From: a virus
DNA: 64,000 nt
IMG/VR virus record: IMGVR_UViG_3300030060_007200
Reading direction: 5' to 3' (one strand)
Positions 1-10,207 of this stretch are shown here, piece after piece. Both the position numbers and the translations under genes were made by a program. The notes below the pieces were generated by a model. It made no database searches. It was not told the DNA's origin and worked only from the letters and a program-made list of their open reading frames with translations. Every line of letters starts with the position of its first letter. Position 1 is the first letter of the stretch.

Positions 1-2209
1 GCACACCAAATGATTCACCAAGAATATCCCATAGCATCGGAGATTTTTCGTCCAGCAAAAATTTTGCCTCTTCCGGATTTTCGCGGTTTTTGATATATTC
101 GTCAATTCCTCCGGCTTGGATTATGGCAGGCCTAAACATGGCATTTATCGATGAAAGGTCCACAATACTTTTTGGTTTTATTGTTCGGATAAGATTTATC
201 ATATTGTCTGAGCCAAATTGAAATATATCCTTGCAGTTACCTGTTTCAAACTCATCATAAACCTTTTTATCATCGAAGTTAGATTTTAGGATTCTTTGTT
301 CCAAATCTTTTTCGCCATGCTTTTTTTCAATAAGCTTAAACGTATCGTTAATTACCGACGCTGCCTTAAGTCCAAGAATATCCAACTTACAATATCCAAG
401 TTCACTAACCTCACGTTCGTCACCACCTTCTTGTACACCTGTTACAGTTTCACCTTTTAATTTAAGTAGAGGTATTTCTGAACAATTAAGGTCTTTGTTA
501 CTTACCAAGATACCAGATGCATGTCTTCCTGTTTGCCTAACCATACCTACCATTTTAGGTGCGATTTTTAAGAACAATTCCTTGTTGTCCTTAATAAATT
601 GCATGAGGTCTTTTTCACCTTTTTTCTGTGCAATGTTAAAAGCATTTTTCATTTCATAGTCTATAGGTGAGTTTGGGTCATCACTGAAATATCCTGTGAG
701 TTTATTTGATAATACGAAGTCTAGTTCATGTATTCTACATAAATCTTTTACAGTTGTTTTGGCACCAAACTTACCAAAATTTGCAATATGACAAACACGT
801 TCAGTACCAAACTTTTCTTTAAGATAATCCTCACAACGTTTTTGAGTAACAGAGTCAATGTCCAAATCCACATCAGCAGGGTCAATTCTTGCAGGGTTTA
901 AGAACCTTTCAAAAATTAGATTGTGTCTAATCGGATCGATTTTTGTAATATCCAATACAAATAATACAAGCGAACCACCAGCAGAACCACGGCCTGCACC
1001 AGTAGCACCACCTACCTTATATACAAAATTGTTGAGTAAATCATCTAGAATCAAGAAATAATCAATGAAACCTTTTGACTTGATAATATCTAATTCGTAT
1101 TTTAGTCTATCTGTATATACCTTGTCGTTTTCAGGCAACATACCATTCTGAACCTTTTCAACCCATTTAACTTTTAATTTCTGCATGAATTCAGATTCAC
1201 TTAATTTTTTATCCTCATGATACTTTGGAAAATTGTCAGGATATTTAGGCATTTCGATTTTTACTTTATCGTTTATTTCGAATGTAGAATCAATAGCCAA
1301 TTCAAGGAATTTTTTATCCATACCATATTTTTCTGCCTCTGCATATATTTCATCGATTTCTTTGATGTACAGTGAGTGTACTGTATAGAACCAATCCTTA
1401 ACTGGATATGAGTTAACAGTTTCACGTTGTCGTATTACATAAAGCAAATACTGAATATACCAATCATCTTTGTTTGCATAGTGATAATCAAGTGAGAATA
1501 CAGGTTTTATACCTGTTTTTTCGTAAACCTTTTTGTAGAAATTATTACATGTCATTTGTATGTCAAGGTTATTTAATTGTACCTCAAGATAAAAATCATC
1601 ACCAAATTTGTCGCGAAACTTTTTAATAAGTTCCAATGCCTCTACCTCTCTACCTGCCAATACAAGCTGATTCCATTTTGATTGTAAACAACCTGTTGTG
1701 ATTATATTATTTTCGTTAAGACCGTTGTATACTCTATCCATACTTGAAAGAGGCTTTCTATAAAAATTATCAAAACCTTCGTTGGATATATTTAGAAGAT
1801 TTTTTACACCTTCATAGTTTTTTGAATATACCAAAGTGTGGTTATTTGCTGCATCGGATTTATCTAGGTGTTCACCTGCATCACCAATTACTTCTGCTGT
1901 ACCTCTTTTCAATTCCAAAAACTTTTCATTATCAGAGTGATAAAGGTCATTTGTATATAATTCACAACCTACAATCGGGTTGATGCCACTTTCCATTGCA
2001 TGGTTATAAAATTTGTAGAAAGACGACATATTACCATGTTCGGTGAGTGAAATACCTGGAGCACCGATTTCTTTTGCACGCGCCATTATATCTTCAATTT
2101 TTGTTACACCATCACCTTGTGAATAGGTTGAGTGTCCATGCAGTGGAATGTAGCTGGTAAACTTATTACCTTTTTTATATTTTAATTTGTAGTCACACTT
2201 TTTACACAT
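1..2209 (-). CDS. dnaE: DNA polymerase III alpha subunit (family C), 3' end runs off the window
   Basis: Not in the ORF track. Manual translation from ATG at 2209: MCKKCDY...YIPLHGHSTYSQGDG...LTEHGNM (PHP domain), later GRGSAGGSL...FERFLNPARIDPADVDLDID (catalytic DxD) and GRHASG. Confidence 0.95.
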   Translation of the reverse strand, partial: MCKKCDYKLKYKKGNKFTSYIPLHGHSTYSQGDGVTKIEDIMARAKEIGAPGISLTEHGNMSSFYKFYNHAMESGINPIVGCELYTNDLYHSDNEKFLELKRGTAEVIGDAGEHLDKSDAANNHTLVYSKNYEGVKNLLNISNEGFDNFYRKPLSSMDRVYNGLNENNIITTGCLQSKWNQLVLAGREVEALELIKKFRDKFGDDFYLEVQLNNLDIQMTCNNFYKKVYEKTGIKPVFSLDYHYANKDDWYIQYLLYVIRQRETVNSYPVKDWFYTVHSLYIKEIDEIYAEAEKYGMDKKFLELAIDSTFEINDKVKIEMPKYPDNFPKYHEDKKLSESEFMQKLKVKWVEKVQNGMLPENDKVYTDRLKYELDIIKSKGFIDYFLILDDLLNNFVYKVGGATGAGRGSAGGSLVLFVLDITKIDPIRHNLIFERFLNPARIDPADVDLDIDSVTQKRCEDYLKEKFGTERVCHIANFGKFGAKTTVKDLCRIHELDFVLSNKLTGYFSDDPNSPIDYEMKNAFNIAQKKGEKDLMQFIKDNKELFLKIAPKMVGMVRQTGRHASGILVSNKDLNCSEIPLLKLKGETVTGVQEGGDEREVSELGYCKLDILGLKAASVINDTFKLIEKKHGEKDLEQRILKSNFDDKKVYDEFETGNCKDIFQFGSDNMINLIRTIKPKSIVDLSSINAMFRPAIIQAGGIDEYIKNRENPEEAKFLLDEKSPMLWDILGESFGV

Positions 2210-2235
2210 ATATTTTAAGCTTTTTATTTATATAC

Positions 2236-2264
2236 TAATATAACAAATTTTTATGACATATGAA
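2236..2264 (-). promoter_or_regulatory. Early/middle-type promoter motif (class A) upstream of dnaE
   Basis: Minus strand TTTCATATGTCATAAAAATTTGTTATATTAG; same motif at ~6863, 11252, 14778, 15821, 16232, 18916, 39546, always just 5' of a gene. Confidence 0.7.
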
Positions 2265-2271
2265 AGGATTT

Positions 2272-2778
2272 TTAGCAAAAGTTATTAACAAGTATTGTAA
2301 AAGGTTTTTTGCCATTTTTCATAAACCTGTGAAGAGATGTAATATGAACATATATTTTGCCAAAATCATTTTCTGAAAATTGAGTTAATAAAGCACACAT
2401 AATCATCATATATGTTTGGTTATCATAGCAAAAATTGCTATCAAAGTTTTGACTTCTTACAAAAACATGTAAATCTATTTTACCATTTCTAGATATTGCC
2501 TGTATTGTAGAAAGACATGCTGCTAATGATTCGTCGTTTTGATATTTTTTATGTAGTACGCATTGTCTAGAATCAATACCTTTTTCTATACATAAATCAA
2601 TCATTTCTTTAATTAACTCTTTTCTCTCAATCTCATCACCTTCAAGCGCAGGTGGCACTGGAGTATTCATAAAGTCGGTGTTAACCTCTACATCATAATT
2701 AAAATTATATATTTCTTTATACGTGGTAGAGTCTTGTTTTTCCAACAGGCTCGTTATTTTCTGTACTATTTCTTTCAT
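2272..2778 (-). CDS. Compact thymidylate synthase-fold protein (dCMP-modifying enzyme-like)
   Basis: DSRQ, catalytic Cys in ACLSTIQ, VRSQN, NFCYD (Asp at the base-specificity position), ITSLH. Confidence 0.7.
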   Translation of the reverse strand: MKEIVQKITSLLEKQDSTTYKEIYNFNYDVEVNTDFMNTPVPPALEGDEIERKELIKEMIDLCIEKGIDSRQCVLHKKYQNDESLAACLSTIQAISRNGKIDLHVFVRSQNFDSNFCYDNQTYMMIMCALLTQFSENDFGKIYVHITSLHRFMKNGKKPFTILVNNFC

Positions 2779-3781
2779 AATGCTTTACTATCGATAAATA
2801 TGTTTTTGTTATACCTTCTGCTGAATTGTGTGCGTTAACTGATAAATTGTAATGCTGATATAAATCATAGAAATTTTTTGATTTCCCATTGTGTCTTGCA
2901 AGATAGTCACCTTCTGCAATTATATTTATATGCTTTGATAAATCATCACATTTTGTTATTTCCTGTATAAGATATAGATAATTGTTAAACGGCATTGGTC
3001 TATCACGACTTATGATAAAGTCTTTACCCCAACCATTGTCCATAAATAATAATTGTAAAAACATATCTGCAAAGTACTCATATCTCATATAGTCTTTATC
3101 AATTTCAGGATTAAGTAATACATCTAATTTTCCATCCTTGTTTAGTGGTGATAGTGTATATGGTATGTTATTCATATCACAATATACCTTTTCTGTAATT
3201 TTTCTAATCATAGATGAATTATCAAATGGTGCATCACCATAAATAAATACAGGTTTTATTACCATCATTTTATCAAAATCCATTGACTGTTTTGTTGCAA
3301 GCTCACCAGAATATTTAGAAAGACCATAAAGTGTTTTAGGGTCAATAGGTGCAGTTTCATCAAACTCACCATTATTTTTCATATATTCATCAGGGTCAAA
3401 AACTGCAGTTGTAGAAAAATAAATTAGTTTGCATCCTACTGAATTTGCAACGTCAATTAAAAATTGAGTACTAATAATATTTGAATTTACAGCCTCGTAT
3501 GAAAAATCATCACATTTGTCTGTATTAACATAAGCTGCCGTGTGTATAATAATATCATCTGATGTGAGACGCTTTGCAACCTTTGACAAAACTTCTCTAT
3601 CAGTAACATCTACTTCTTTTGGCTTTACAAGCTCTCCATTTAGATAACTAAAATCATTTGTATATTCTGCAAGGTCTGTATTATCCATAACCTCAAATCT
3701 TTCAGTTCCACTTTCTTCTATTGCTTTAATAATAGAAGTGGCTAGCATACCACTTTCTCCTGTGATAAATAATTTTCTCAT
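2717..3781 (-). CDS. NAD-dependent sugar-nucleotide epimerase/reductase (RmlD-like extended SDR)
   Basis: ITGESGMLA Rossmann motif, HTAAYVNTDKC, FSTTAVF, YGLSK (YxxxK). Confidence 0.85.
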   Translation of the reverse strand: MRKLFITGESGMLATSIIKAIEESGTERFEVMDNTDLAEYTNDFSYLNGELVKPKEVDVTDREVLSKVAKRLTSDDIIIHTAAYVNTDKCDDFSYEAVNSNIISTQFLIDVANSVGCKLIYFSTTAVFDPDEYMKNNGEFDETAPIDPKTLYGLSKYSGELATKQSMDFDKMMVIKPVFIYGDAPFDNSSMIRKITEKVYCDMNNIPYTLSPLNKDGKLDVLLNPEIDKDYMRYEYFADMFLQLLFMDNGWGKDFIISRDRPMPFNNYLYLIQEITKCDDLSKHINIIAEGDYLARHNGKSKNFYDLYQHYNLSVNAHNSAEGITKTYLSIVKHYERNSTENNEPVGKTRLYHV

Positions 3782-4212
3782 AATTCCCTCTGTATTTTAT
3801 TTGCTGATTGCTGTATTGTGTCTATTGTTGTGTCGATTCTGTTTACCTCAATATCATATTTTTCATATGCATCGGATAGTACATCATAAAAAACTCTTCT
3901 ATGATTTTTCCAGGCTTTAATAGGAAGGTCTTTTTCATCGTGTTTTACAAATCTTTCTTTTACCAGTTCATAAGAACAGTCAACAAAGTAAAACTCTTCA
4001 CCTCGAACAATTGCATTTGCCCACATCATAAAAAACGAATCTTCATTTATTTTACGATTGTAAAGTCTCGAATATACTATTTGTGATAAAAACGACCTAA
4101 CATATACCAATGTATTACCTTTAGCGTTTTTAACAACTTGCCTTCTTATTGAGTCTTTACCTGTTTTGTCAGGTCCGTCTATATGAACCACTCTTGCCAT
4201 ATTTCCATCCAT
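3778..4212 (-). CDS. dNMP (thymidylate-kinase-like) kinase
   Basis: P-loop IDGPDKTGKDS, RSFLSQIVYS. Confidence 0.75.
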   Translation of the reverse strand: MDGNMARVVHIDGPDKTGKDSIRRQVVKNAKGNTLVYVRSFLSQIVYSRLYNRKINEDSFFMMWANAIVRGEEFYFVDCSYELVKERFVKHDEKDLPIKAWKNHRRVFYDVLSDAYEKYDIEVNRIDTTIDTIQQSANKIQREL

Positions 4213-4553
4213 TTTGATATAATTTTTAATTGTTCTGTTTCAACCTTTCCAAATATTAGTGTTTTATGGTACTTCAAACCTTCATTGTCATTTTTATGTA
4301 AATCAAATACTTTAACTGCAGTCCTTGATGGCTTAAATTCATATCCAATAAGATTGTCCAAAGGTATACAGCAAACAAATTCTATGCCATCTTCTTTTTC
4401 TAACCTATAACCCCAATGGTCATCAATGAAAGATTTTGATACTATATGCTTTTCAACCAAAGATTCCCAAAACTTTATTTCTTGTTTTGCTGCAGGATTC
4501 TCATAAAAGCAATATGTTAATTTAACTTCCTGTTGAGCCAAATCCACCTTCAC
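4179..4553 (-). CDS. Hypothetical protein
   Basis: ORF fills the gap between dUTPase and kinase with short overlaps at both ends. Confidence 0.6.
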   Translation of the reverse strand: MKVDLAQQEVKLTYCFYENPAAKQEIKFWESLVEKHIVSKSFIDDHWGYRLEKEDGIEFVCCIPLDNLIGYEFKPSRTAVKVFDLHKNDNEGLKYHKTLIFGKVETEQLKIISKWMEIWQEWFI

Positions 4554-4986
4554 CTCTATTTGTTTCTGTTAATTCTTCAACCTCTATAAAATTAAAGTTA
4601 GGTACAGGCATGATAATAATCTGTCCTACCCTATCACCTGGCTCATACATATTAGGTTTTGCAGTACATACTGATTTTCTAAATCTTAATTTTACAGGAC
4701 CTCTATATCCTGAATCAACGACACCAACGCAATTTGCAAGTAGCAAATCTGTTTTAGATATCGAGCTTCTTGGAAATAAATAACCTACATAACCTTCAGG
4801 TATTTCCATAGCGAGACCTGTATCATATTCAATATATTTTTCAGGCTTTGTTGTAAAATCATCTTCACAGCAATCATCATATTTAATTGTCATTGAAATT
4901 GCTGTTAAATCCATACCTGCATCGCCGTGTTTTGCGTATGTAGGTATTTTTGCTCTTGGGTCTAGTTTTTTAATATTAACCTTCAT
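4522..4986 (-). CDS. dut: Trimeric dUTPase
   Basis: AGMDL, PRSS, GVVDSGYRG, RVGQ, RGEGGFGSTG motifs 1-5. Confidence 0.97.
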   Translation of the reverse strand: MKVNIKKLDPRAKIPTYAKHGDAGMDLTAISMTIKYDDCCEDDFTTKPEKYIEYDTGLAMEIPEGYVGYLFPRSSISKTDLLLANCVGVVDSGYRGPVKLRFRKSVCTAKPNMYEPGDRVGQIIIMPVPNFNFIEVEELTETNRGEGGFGSTGS

Positions 4987-5914
4987 TGTGTATTACCTCT
5001 ATTATATTACCGTTAACAATTTGTATACCATCATTTAGCTTTCTATCAAGTGCCTGCTGTGTATATATACCTAAATTCTTTTTTAGATAAACCTTAAAAC
5101 CACTGTCATGTAGTTTATTTGCATTTGATATATCATCATCAACACAAAACGCAACTTGGTTAGGGTCAAAGTTATTTATGATATACTTTTCTTTTTCCTC
5201 GTCAAATACAATTGCATCATAACAAATATCATTGTCTGACAACCATTTTATTGTATCTGAATATATTCTAAAATATTTTTTATATGGTCTTGCTGTTAAT
5301 AATACAACATTATATTTTTCACATGCAGATTTCATAAATGAGCGAACACCATCCAAAACATTAAGAGTAGCCTTTACACCACATGTTCTATATTCAGATT
5401 TTATTCTATATTGTTCTTTTTTATCAACCTGACTTTTGAATTGAGCAAGAGAATCATATCCTGCCCATTTCAAAAATCCACCAGGCCAGTCTGCAAGTAC
5501 ACCATCAATATCTATAAAAGCAATTTTTTTATCAGATGCTTTTATTTTATCCATAACATCTTCTTGTCTAAATTTAGCTTCAACAACTTTTGATTTATCA
5601 ATAAACTTATCATATAAATTATCTACACTAAAACCATTGAGCTGTATAATACCAAATAGGTATTTAAGTACATCAACACATTCTTCTAAAACGTTATCGT
5701 TTACATCTTCTGTTTCCTTAGATGTGTGCATTTTCCAATCAATCTCATCAAGTACTTCATACACCTCTTTAGACAGCGCTAGAACGTATTCCTTGTTCCA
5801 TTTAATTTTTAATTCCTTATCATTTACAATGTCATTAACGGAAAAACCTTGTTTTTCAAAAAACTTTTCTGTAAATGATTTTTGTATTTCAAATATATCT
5901 TTTAATCTATCCAT
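4976..5914 (-). CDS. All-alpha NTP pyrophosphatase (dimeric dUTPase/dCTPase-like) fused to a HAD-family nucleotidase
   Basis: N-term EVYEVLDEIDWKMH...LEECVDVLKY; C-term DIDGVLAD, LTAR, VDD. Confidence 0.8.
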   Translation of the reverse strand: MDRLKDIFEIQKSFTEKFFEKQGFSVNDIVNDKELKIKWNKEYVLALSKEVYEVLDEIDWKMHTSKETEDVNDNVLEECVDVLKYLFGIIQLNGFSVDNLYDKFIDKSKVVEAKFRQEDVMDKIKASDKKIAFIDIDGVLADWPGGFLKWAGYDSLAQFKSQVDKKEQYRIKSEYRTCGVKATLNVLDGVRSFMKSACEKYNVVLLTARPYKKYFRIYSDTIKWLSDNDICYDAIVFDEEKEKYIINNFDPNQVAFCVDDDISNANKLHDSGFKVYLKKNLGIYTQQALDRKLNDGIQIVNGNIIEVIHNEG

Positions 5915-6840
5915 TTTTCTACTCTATCTAATACCTCGTTTGCTTTTACTTTATGATTCCATTGCGCAAATCTACCTAACATTTTAATGCCACACATCTC
6001 ATCAATATCTTCACTGTATTTAATTTGTATAGGTAAATTTTCAAATTTCATATCTATTTTATTGCCATCAATACTTTCAGCATCAATTGGTTTTACTGAT
6101 TCATATACAATATAATCCTTAAAATATGTACATCTTGTCCAATCAGTATCGATTGAATAAATATAGTCATATGTAAGTGATGGGTGCTTGCTATCCATAG
6201 CCTCTGGTACTGTAAAACCATAATCGCATTTGTAGAAACATTTGGATAATGTTGACAAATCCAATTTATATTTTTTTATTTCATTTGCAATAGTTGGTGA
6301 TAGCTTACTAAGTAATTTAAGATTAAGCGTAGATATAATATTTTCATAAGAATATTCATTTGAGCTTATTACTATTTTCTTTTGTATTGTATCAATCTTT
6401 TCTACAGTACCGCGAATCATCTGTCCTCGTGATTCTACAAATTGAAGTAATTTTTGAAAAAACTCTTTATATGAATCTTCACCAAAATCACCAAACTCTA
6501 TATGCTGTATTTCAGTTTTACCTTCTGATAAATGACTGCCTTCACCTTCATGACCTCTTGTCTTCATACTGTATTGTTTTTTGAAATTTGCATCTGGTGA
6601 ATCGTAAACACCTTCGCTTTCATTATATCCTATAACACAATTTTCTATCTTAAGTTCATAATCATTGCAGACAGATTTTACAAGCCATTTCATAGAATCT
6701 GTTGCCTGTAGCAATCTTGGTCCTGGAATAAAAGGAAGATTTAGCTGACCTAAAGGTTTGCTATCTACTATCTTATATTCTGGATTGTGATACGCTGCTA
6801 TTAGACCTGCCGGTCCTGCACCTAGTATTAAATTTTTCAT
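5902..6840 (-). CDS. FAD-dependent oxidoreductase, UDP-galactopyranose-mutase-like
   Basis: LGAGPAGLIAA dinucleotide-binding motif, GPRLL, C-terminal LGRFAQW. Confidence 0.65.
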   Translation of the reverse strand: MKNLILGAGPAGLIAAYHNPEYKIVDSKPLGQLNLPFIPGPRLLQATDSMKWLVKSVCNDYELKIENCVIGYNESEGVYDSPDANFKKQYSMKTRGHEGEGSHLSEGKTEIQHIEFGDFGEDSYKEFFQKLLQFVESRGQMIRGTVEKIDTIQKKIVISSNEYSYENIISTLNLKLLSKLSPTIANEIKKYKLDLSTLSKCFYKCDYGFTVPEAMDSKHPSLTYDYIYSIDTDWTRCTYFKDYIVYESVKPIDAESIDGNKIDMKFENLPIQIKYSEDIDEMCGIKMLGRFAQWNHKVKANEVLDRVEKWID

Positions 6841-6920
6841 CTATAACCTTTTTATTTTTATCTAATATAACAATTTTTTCTGACATATGAAAATTAAAAT
6901 GATATAATTTTGTTATCCAA

Positions 6921-8780
6921 TCATCTGACCTCACAGCTTCCTCCCGCACATGCAAGTTCACCTGATAAATCTGTGTTGTCTTCTACCTCAACAACATTTT
7001 CAAGATTTACATCTGTTAACGTTTTCATCATTTCTTCGTAAGTATTTTTATCAATATCCTCAAATGGTGCTTGAGTATATGTACCACCATCATAAGGTAG
7101 TACAGATAGTCCATTGTAATAATTTCTATTTGTCCACATCCATTCTCCAGCCAATTCCCATTCATCTGATTTTAAGCTTATTGTTGCAGAAACATTATGT
7201 GAATTTGAACCTTTTCTATGCCCTGATTTTACCCATTCAGTTGCAACTTTCTTAACCCTGTCCAAAATACTAAAAGGAGATTCTGTTCTTAATATAGAAC
7301 CTTCAGGTGCTTTTTGAGGTACTTGAATAACAGCTGTGTCGTGTGGTCTAAAGTATTCGTCCTCTACTAATTGCGGATGGTTTGTTTTTAGGTAATTATA
7401 TATAGACTCGTTTTTGCCAACTCGTATACGTCTTATATAATAATCATTATGCCATGCATGAATACCTGAACTTGTACCTAAAACCAAACTTGTTGTACCT
7501 GCAGGTTTTACTGTAGTTGTTCTAGCTGATTGATTTATACCTATAATTTTTGCAACTCTTGTATTTTCTCTTTTTACAACACTTGCTGCTTTTTTCATAT
7601 CGTATCCTAAAACTGTTCCACTACCAATACCTGTCATAGAAACACCTATCAATGCTTCTTTTTCCGTTGTTTCTCTCCATACATCTCTTAAATAATGAAA
7701 ATCTGTATATCCAGCTTGTAGTGTTCCTATAAACGATGCAACTTTAACTCTTTCATTTAGGTCGTCTTGTGATTCTATATTTGAAACATTTACTTCACAA
7801 AGATTACAGAACTGGTTAGGTCTTAATGCAATCTCACAACATGGGTTAGTTCCCCAATCTTTGTCATTGTTTAGATAAATACCAGGTTCACCAGCTCCAG
7901 ATAATTCTACACGTTTCCATAAGTCCATAAAAAAGTCTTTTGTAATTTTGTGTCTCATAAGTACTGCAGAATTATTTGCTCTACCTCTCTGTGGATTTGT
8001 TTCCCACCAGTTACCTGATTTACAACCAATCATCTCATCGTCATCTGCATTGAATAAACTAATAAGTGCAGCACGTCTAATACCACCTGCTAATACTGCA
8101 TCAGCAATATGGCAAACAATATCATGAGCTTCTAATGTTGTAAGTCTCTCACCTGTTTCTTTTGCATCAAGCATTCCTGTTAGTTTTAATATACATTCTT
8201 TTAATGGCTGAGGACCTGGAGCTTTACCACCAGAAGTTACTAACTGTGCACCTTTAGGTCTAATATCTGAAAAGTCAAACTCGACTCGACTACCACCGCC
8301 GTTCATATAAGACTTCATAAGTACTTTAATTGCATCTGCCCAACCTTCTATACTATCACCAATTAAAAATCTCTTTTTTCTTTTTGGATATGGTTTTTGT
8401 ATCATCGGTAATTTTTCTACGTGATGTCTTTGTACAGAATATCCAACACCAGTTCCACCTAACAGCAAAAACATTGTTTCGCTAAAAGCGTCGATACAAT
8501 CAATAGGAAGATACGCGCAATTGTAGATTCTGTTAGGAGATATTTCAATTGGCTTACCACCAAATTGTAAACTACGCATAGATGGAAGTACCTTTTTATC
8601 ATATACCAATTTATATTTTTCCTCTATCTCATCTTTCAACATAGGAAATTTTTTCTGATGCATTTCCTTGTTTCTTGTCACTAACTCTTCCCACGTTTCT
8701 CTTCTGTTTAATTCTGGTACGAATTTTGCGTACTTCATATAAACTGTAATTTCTGATAATATTTGATTAGATACTTCCAT
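6921..8780 (-). CDS. nrdJ: Class II (adenosylcobalamin-dependent) ribonucleotide reductase
   Basis: YNCAY, GTNPCCEI, CNLCE, VKPAGTTS, C-terminal ACAGGSCE; no small-subunit gene adjacent. Confidence 0.9.
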   Translation of the reverse strand: MEVSNQILSEITVYMKYAKFVPELNRRETWEELVTRNKEMHQKKFPMLKDEIEEKYKLVYDKKVLPSMRSLQFGGKPIEISPNRIYNCAYLPIDCIDAFSETMFLLLGGTGVGYSVQRHHVEKLPMIQKPYPKRKKRFLIGDSIEGWADAIKVLMKSYMNGGGSRVEFDFSDIRPKGAQLVTSGGKAPGPQPLKECILKLTGMLDAKETGERLTTLEAHDIVCHIADAVLAGGIRRAALISLFNADDDEMIGCKSGNWWETNPQRGRANNSAVLMRHKITKDFFMDLWKRVELSGAGEPGIYLNNDKDWGTNPCCEIALRPNQFCNLCEVNVSNIESQDDLNERVKVASFIGTLQAGYTDFHYLRDVWRETTEKEALIGVSMTGIGSGTVLGYDMKKAASVVKRENTRVAKIIGINQSARTTTVKPAGTTSLVLGTSSGIHAWHNDYYIRRIRVGKNESIYNYLKTNHPQLVEDEYFRPHDTAVIQVPQKAPEGSILRTESPFSILDRVKKVATEWVKSGHRKGSNSHNVSATISLKSDEWELAGEWMWTNRNYYNGLSVLPYDGGTYTQAPFEDIDKNTYEEMMKTLTDVNLENVVEVEDNTDLSGELACAGGSCEVR

Positions 8781-8815
8781 TTTTCTCTTCCTTTATTTGC
8801 TTAAGATTTCTGACT

Positions 8816-8849
8816 AAAAAATGCCGGCGTAGTGACCGGCTTGCCACTA
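8816..8849 (-). terminator. GC hairpin + U tract (possible switch/pseudoknot) between helicase and nrdJ
   Basis: Minus strand UAGUGGCAA-GCCGG-UCACUACG-CCGGC-AUUUUUU. Confidence 0.55.
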
Positions 8850-8857
8850 TAAATATA

Positions 8858-10207
8858 TCATGACTCTAGTTCTTCAAATCTTTTTTTCATTTCTTTTCTT
8901 AAATATTCTTGATGATTGTTCATTTGTGTTTTTAGCTCTTTACCTGTAACTGAATTTTCGTCAAAGATATCAAAGCTACCGTTGTTTGTATTTATCTGGC
9001 TAGGGAATGTAATACCATCAGGACCAAACCTGTTTTTAATTACGTGTATTCTACCTGTTCCGCCAACCTTATCCTCTATTTTTCTACTTAATGACATTAC
9101 AAAATCAGCAGTCATAATTTTGGAATACGATTCTGCAATTTTATCTGCCTGTATTACATCTTCTTGTAGCGCTGACCTATTTGCCTGTGATGCTGTCCAT
9201 ACCGGCACATCAACCTGACCTGCCAAACCTCTAAGTTCCTCATATATATTACCAAGCTCAAGTCGATAATCTTTGTTACCACCTGAACCTCGCAATAAAT
9301 CTGCATAATCTACAATAATCATATCAGGTTCTTTGCCTAATATTCTATATCTTTCTACATGTGACATAATTGTAGATATTGCAGCAGTTTTTGTTGGATA
9401 GTATTTTACAATAAGATTTCCTGTTATTTTACTTACATGTTCCTTTACTGTATCTATATTATATTTTAATTCTTGATTTGCTATACCTGTAATTACAGAG
9501 TCGTATCTTAAACCTACATAAGCCTCATTTAATTCTAGTGTATAATGCAAAACATTTAGGCCTTTTTTAATAGCCTGAGAACCTAGGTTTACCAACAAAA
9601 AAGATTTACCAATACCGGCCGGTGCAACAACAACGCCAAGCTCGCCTTTTCCTAAACCACCATCCATAAGATTATCTATTACCTCCCAGCCTGTAGGTAT
9701 AATGTGTCTTGTTGCCTCGGTATATCTTTCTTCAACAAGTTCTACATAATCATGTCCAACATTTCTTTCAGCGCCGGCTGTCATTGCAGTATCTATCTTT
9801 CTTTTTATATCATCATATTTGCCTGACTTTAATAATTCTACTGAATCTATGATTGCGTTTTTAAGTACTTTGTTTTTACAAAAATCAAGAGTTTGCTCCA
9901 TTACAAAGTCTAGGTCTTGTGATTCCAAATATTTATATGCGTCTTTTATATTTGATACAACACTTTTCTTAAGTACATCATCAGTTATCTCTGATATTTT
10001 AACCTTCATCACCTCAGCAGTTGGCATAGATTTATACTGCATAAAATATTCTTTTATTGTGGAAACCAAAAATTGATTTGATTCATTTTCAAAATATTCC
10101 TCATGTAGTATATCGTTTATCTGCTGTAAAAATTCCTTGCTTTTTAATAAGCATGTAATAATTTTTATTTGAAACGTATAACCAAATTCACTTAATCTAT
10201 CACTCAT
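8858..10207 (-). CDS. Replicative DnaB-like helicase (T4 gp41-like)
   Basis: APAGIGKS, YTLEL, IVDYADLL, WTASQANR, KNRFG. Confidence 0.95.
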   Translation of the reverse strand: MSDRLSEFGYTFQIKIITCLLKSKEFLQQINDILHEEYFENESNQFLVSTIKEYFMQYKSMPTAEVMKVKISEITDDVLKKSVVSNIKDAYKYLESQDLDFVMEQTLDFCKNKVLKNAIIDSVELLKSGKYDDIKRKIDTAMTAGAERNVGHDYVELVEERYTEATRHIIPTGWEVIDNLMDGGLGKGELGVVVAPAGIGKSFLLVNLGSQAIKKGLNVLHYTLELNEAYVGLRYDSVITGIANQELKYNIDTVKEHVSKITGNLIVKYYPTKTAAISTIMSHVERYRILGKEPDMIIVDYADLLRGSGGNKDYRLELGNIYEELRGLAGQVDVPVWTASQANRSALQEDVIQADKIAESYSKIMTADFVMSLSRKIEDKVGGTGRIHVIKNRFGPDGITFPSQINTNNGSFDIFDENSVTGKELKTQMNNHQEYLRKEMKKRFEELES

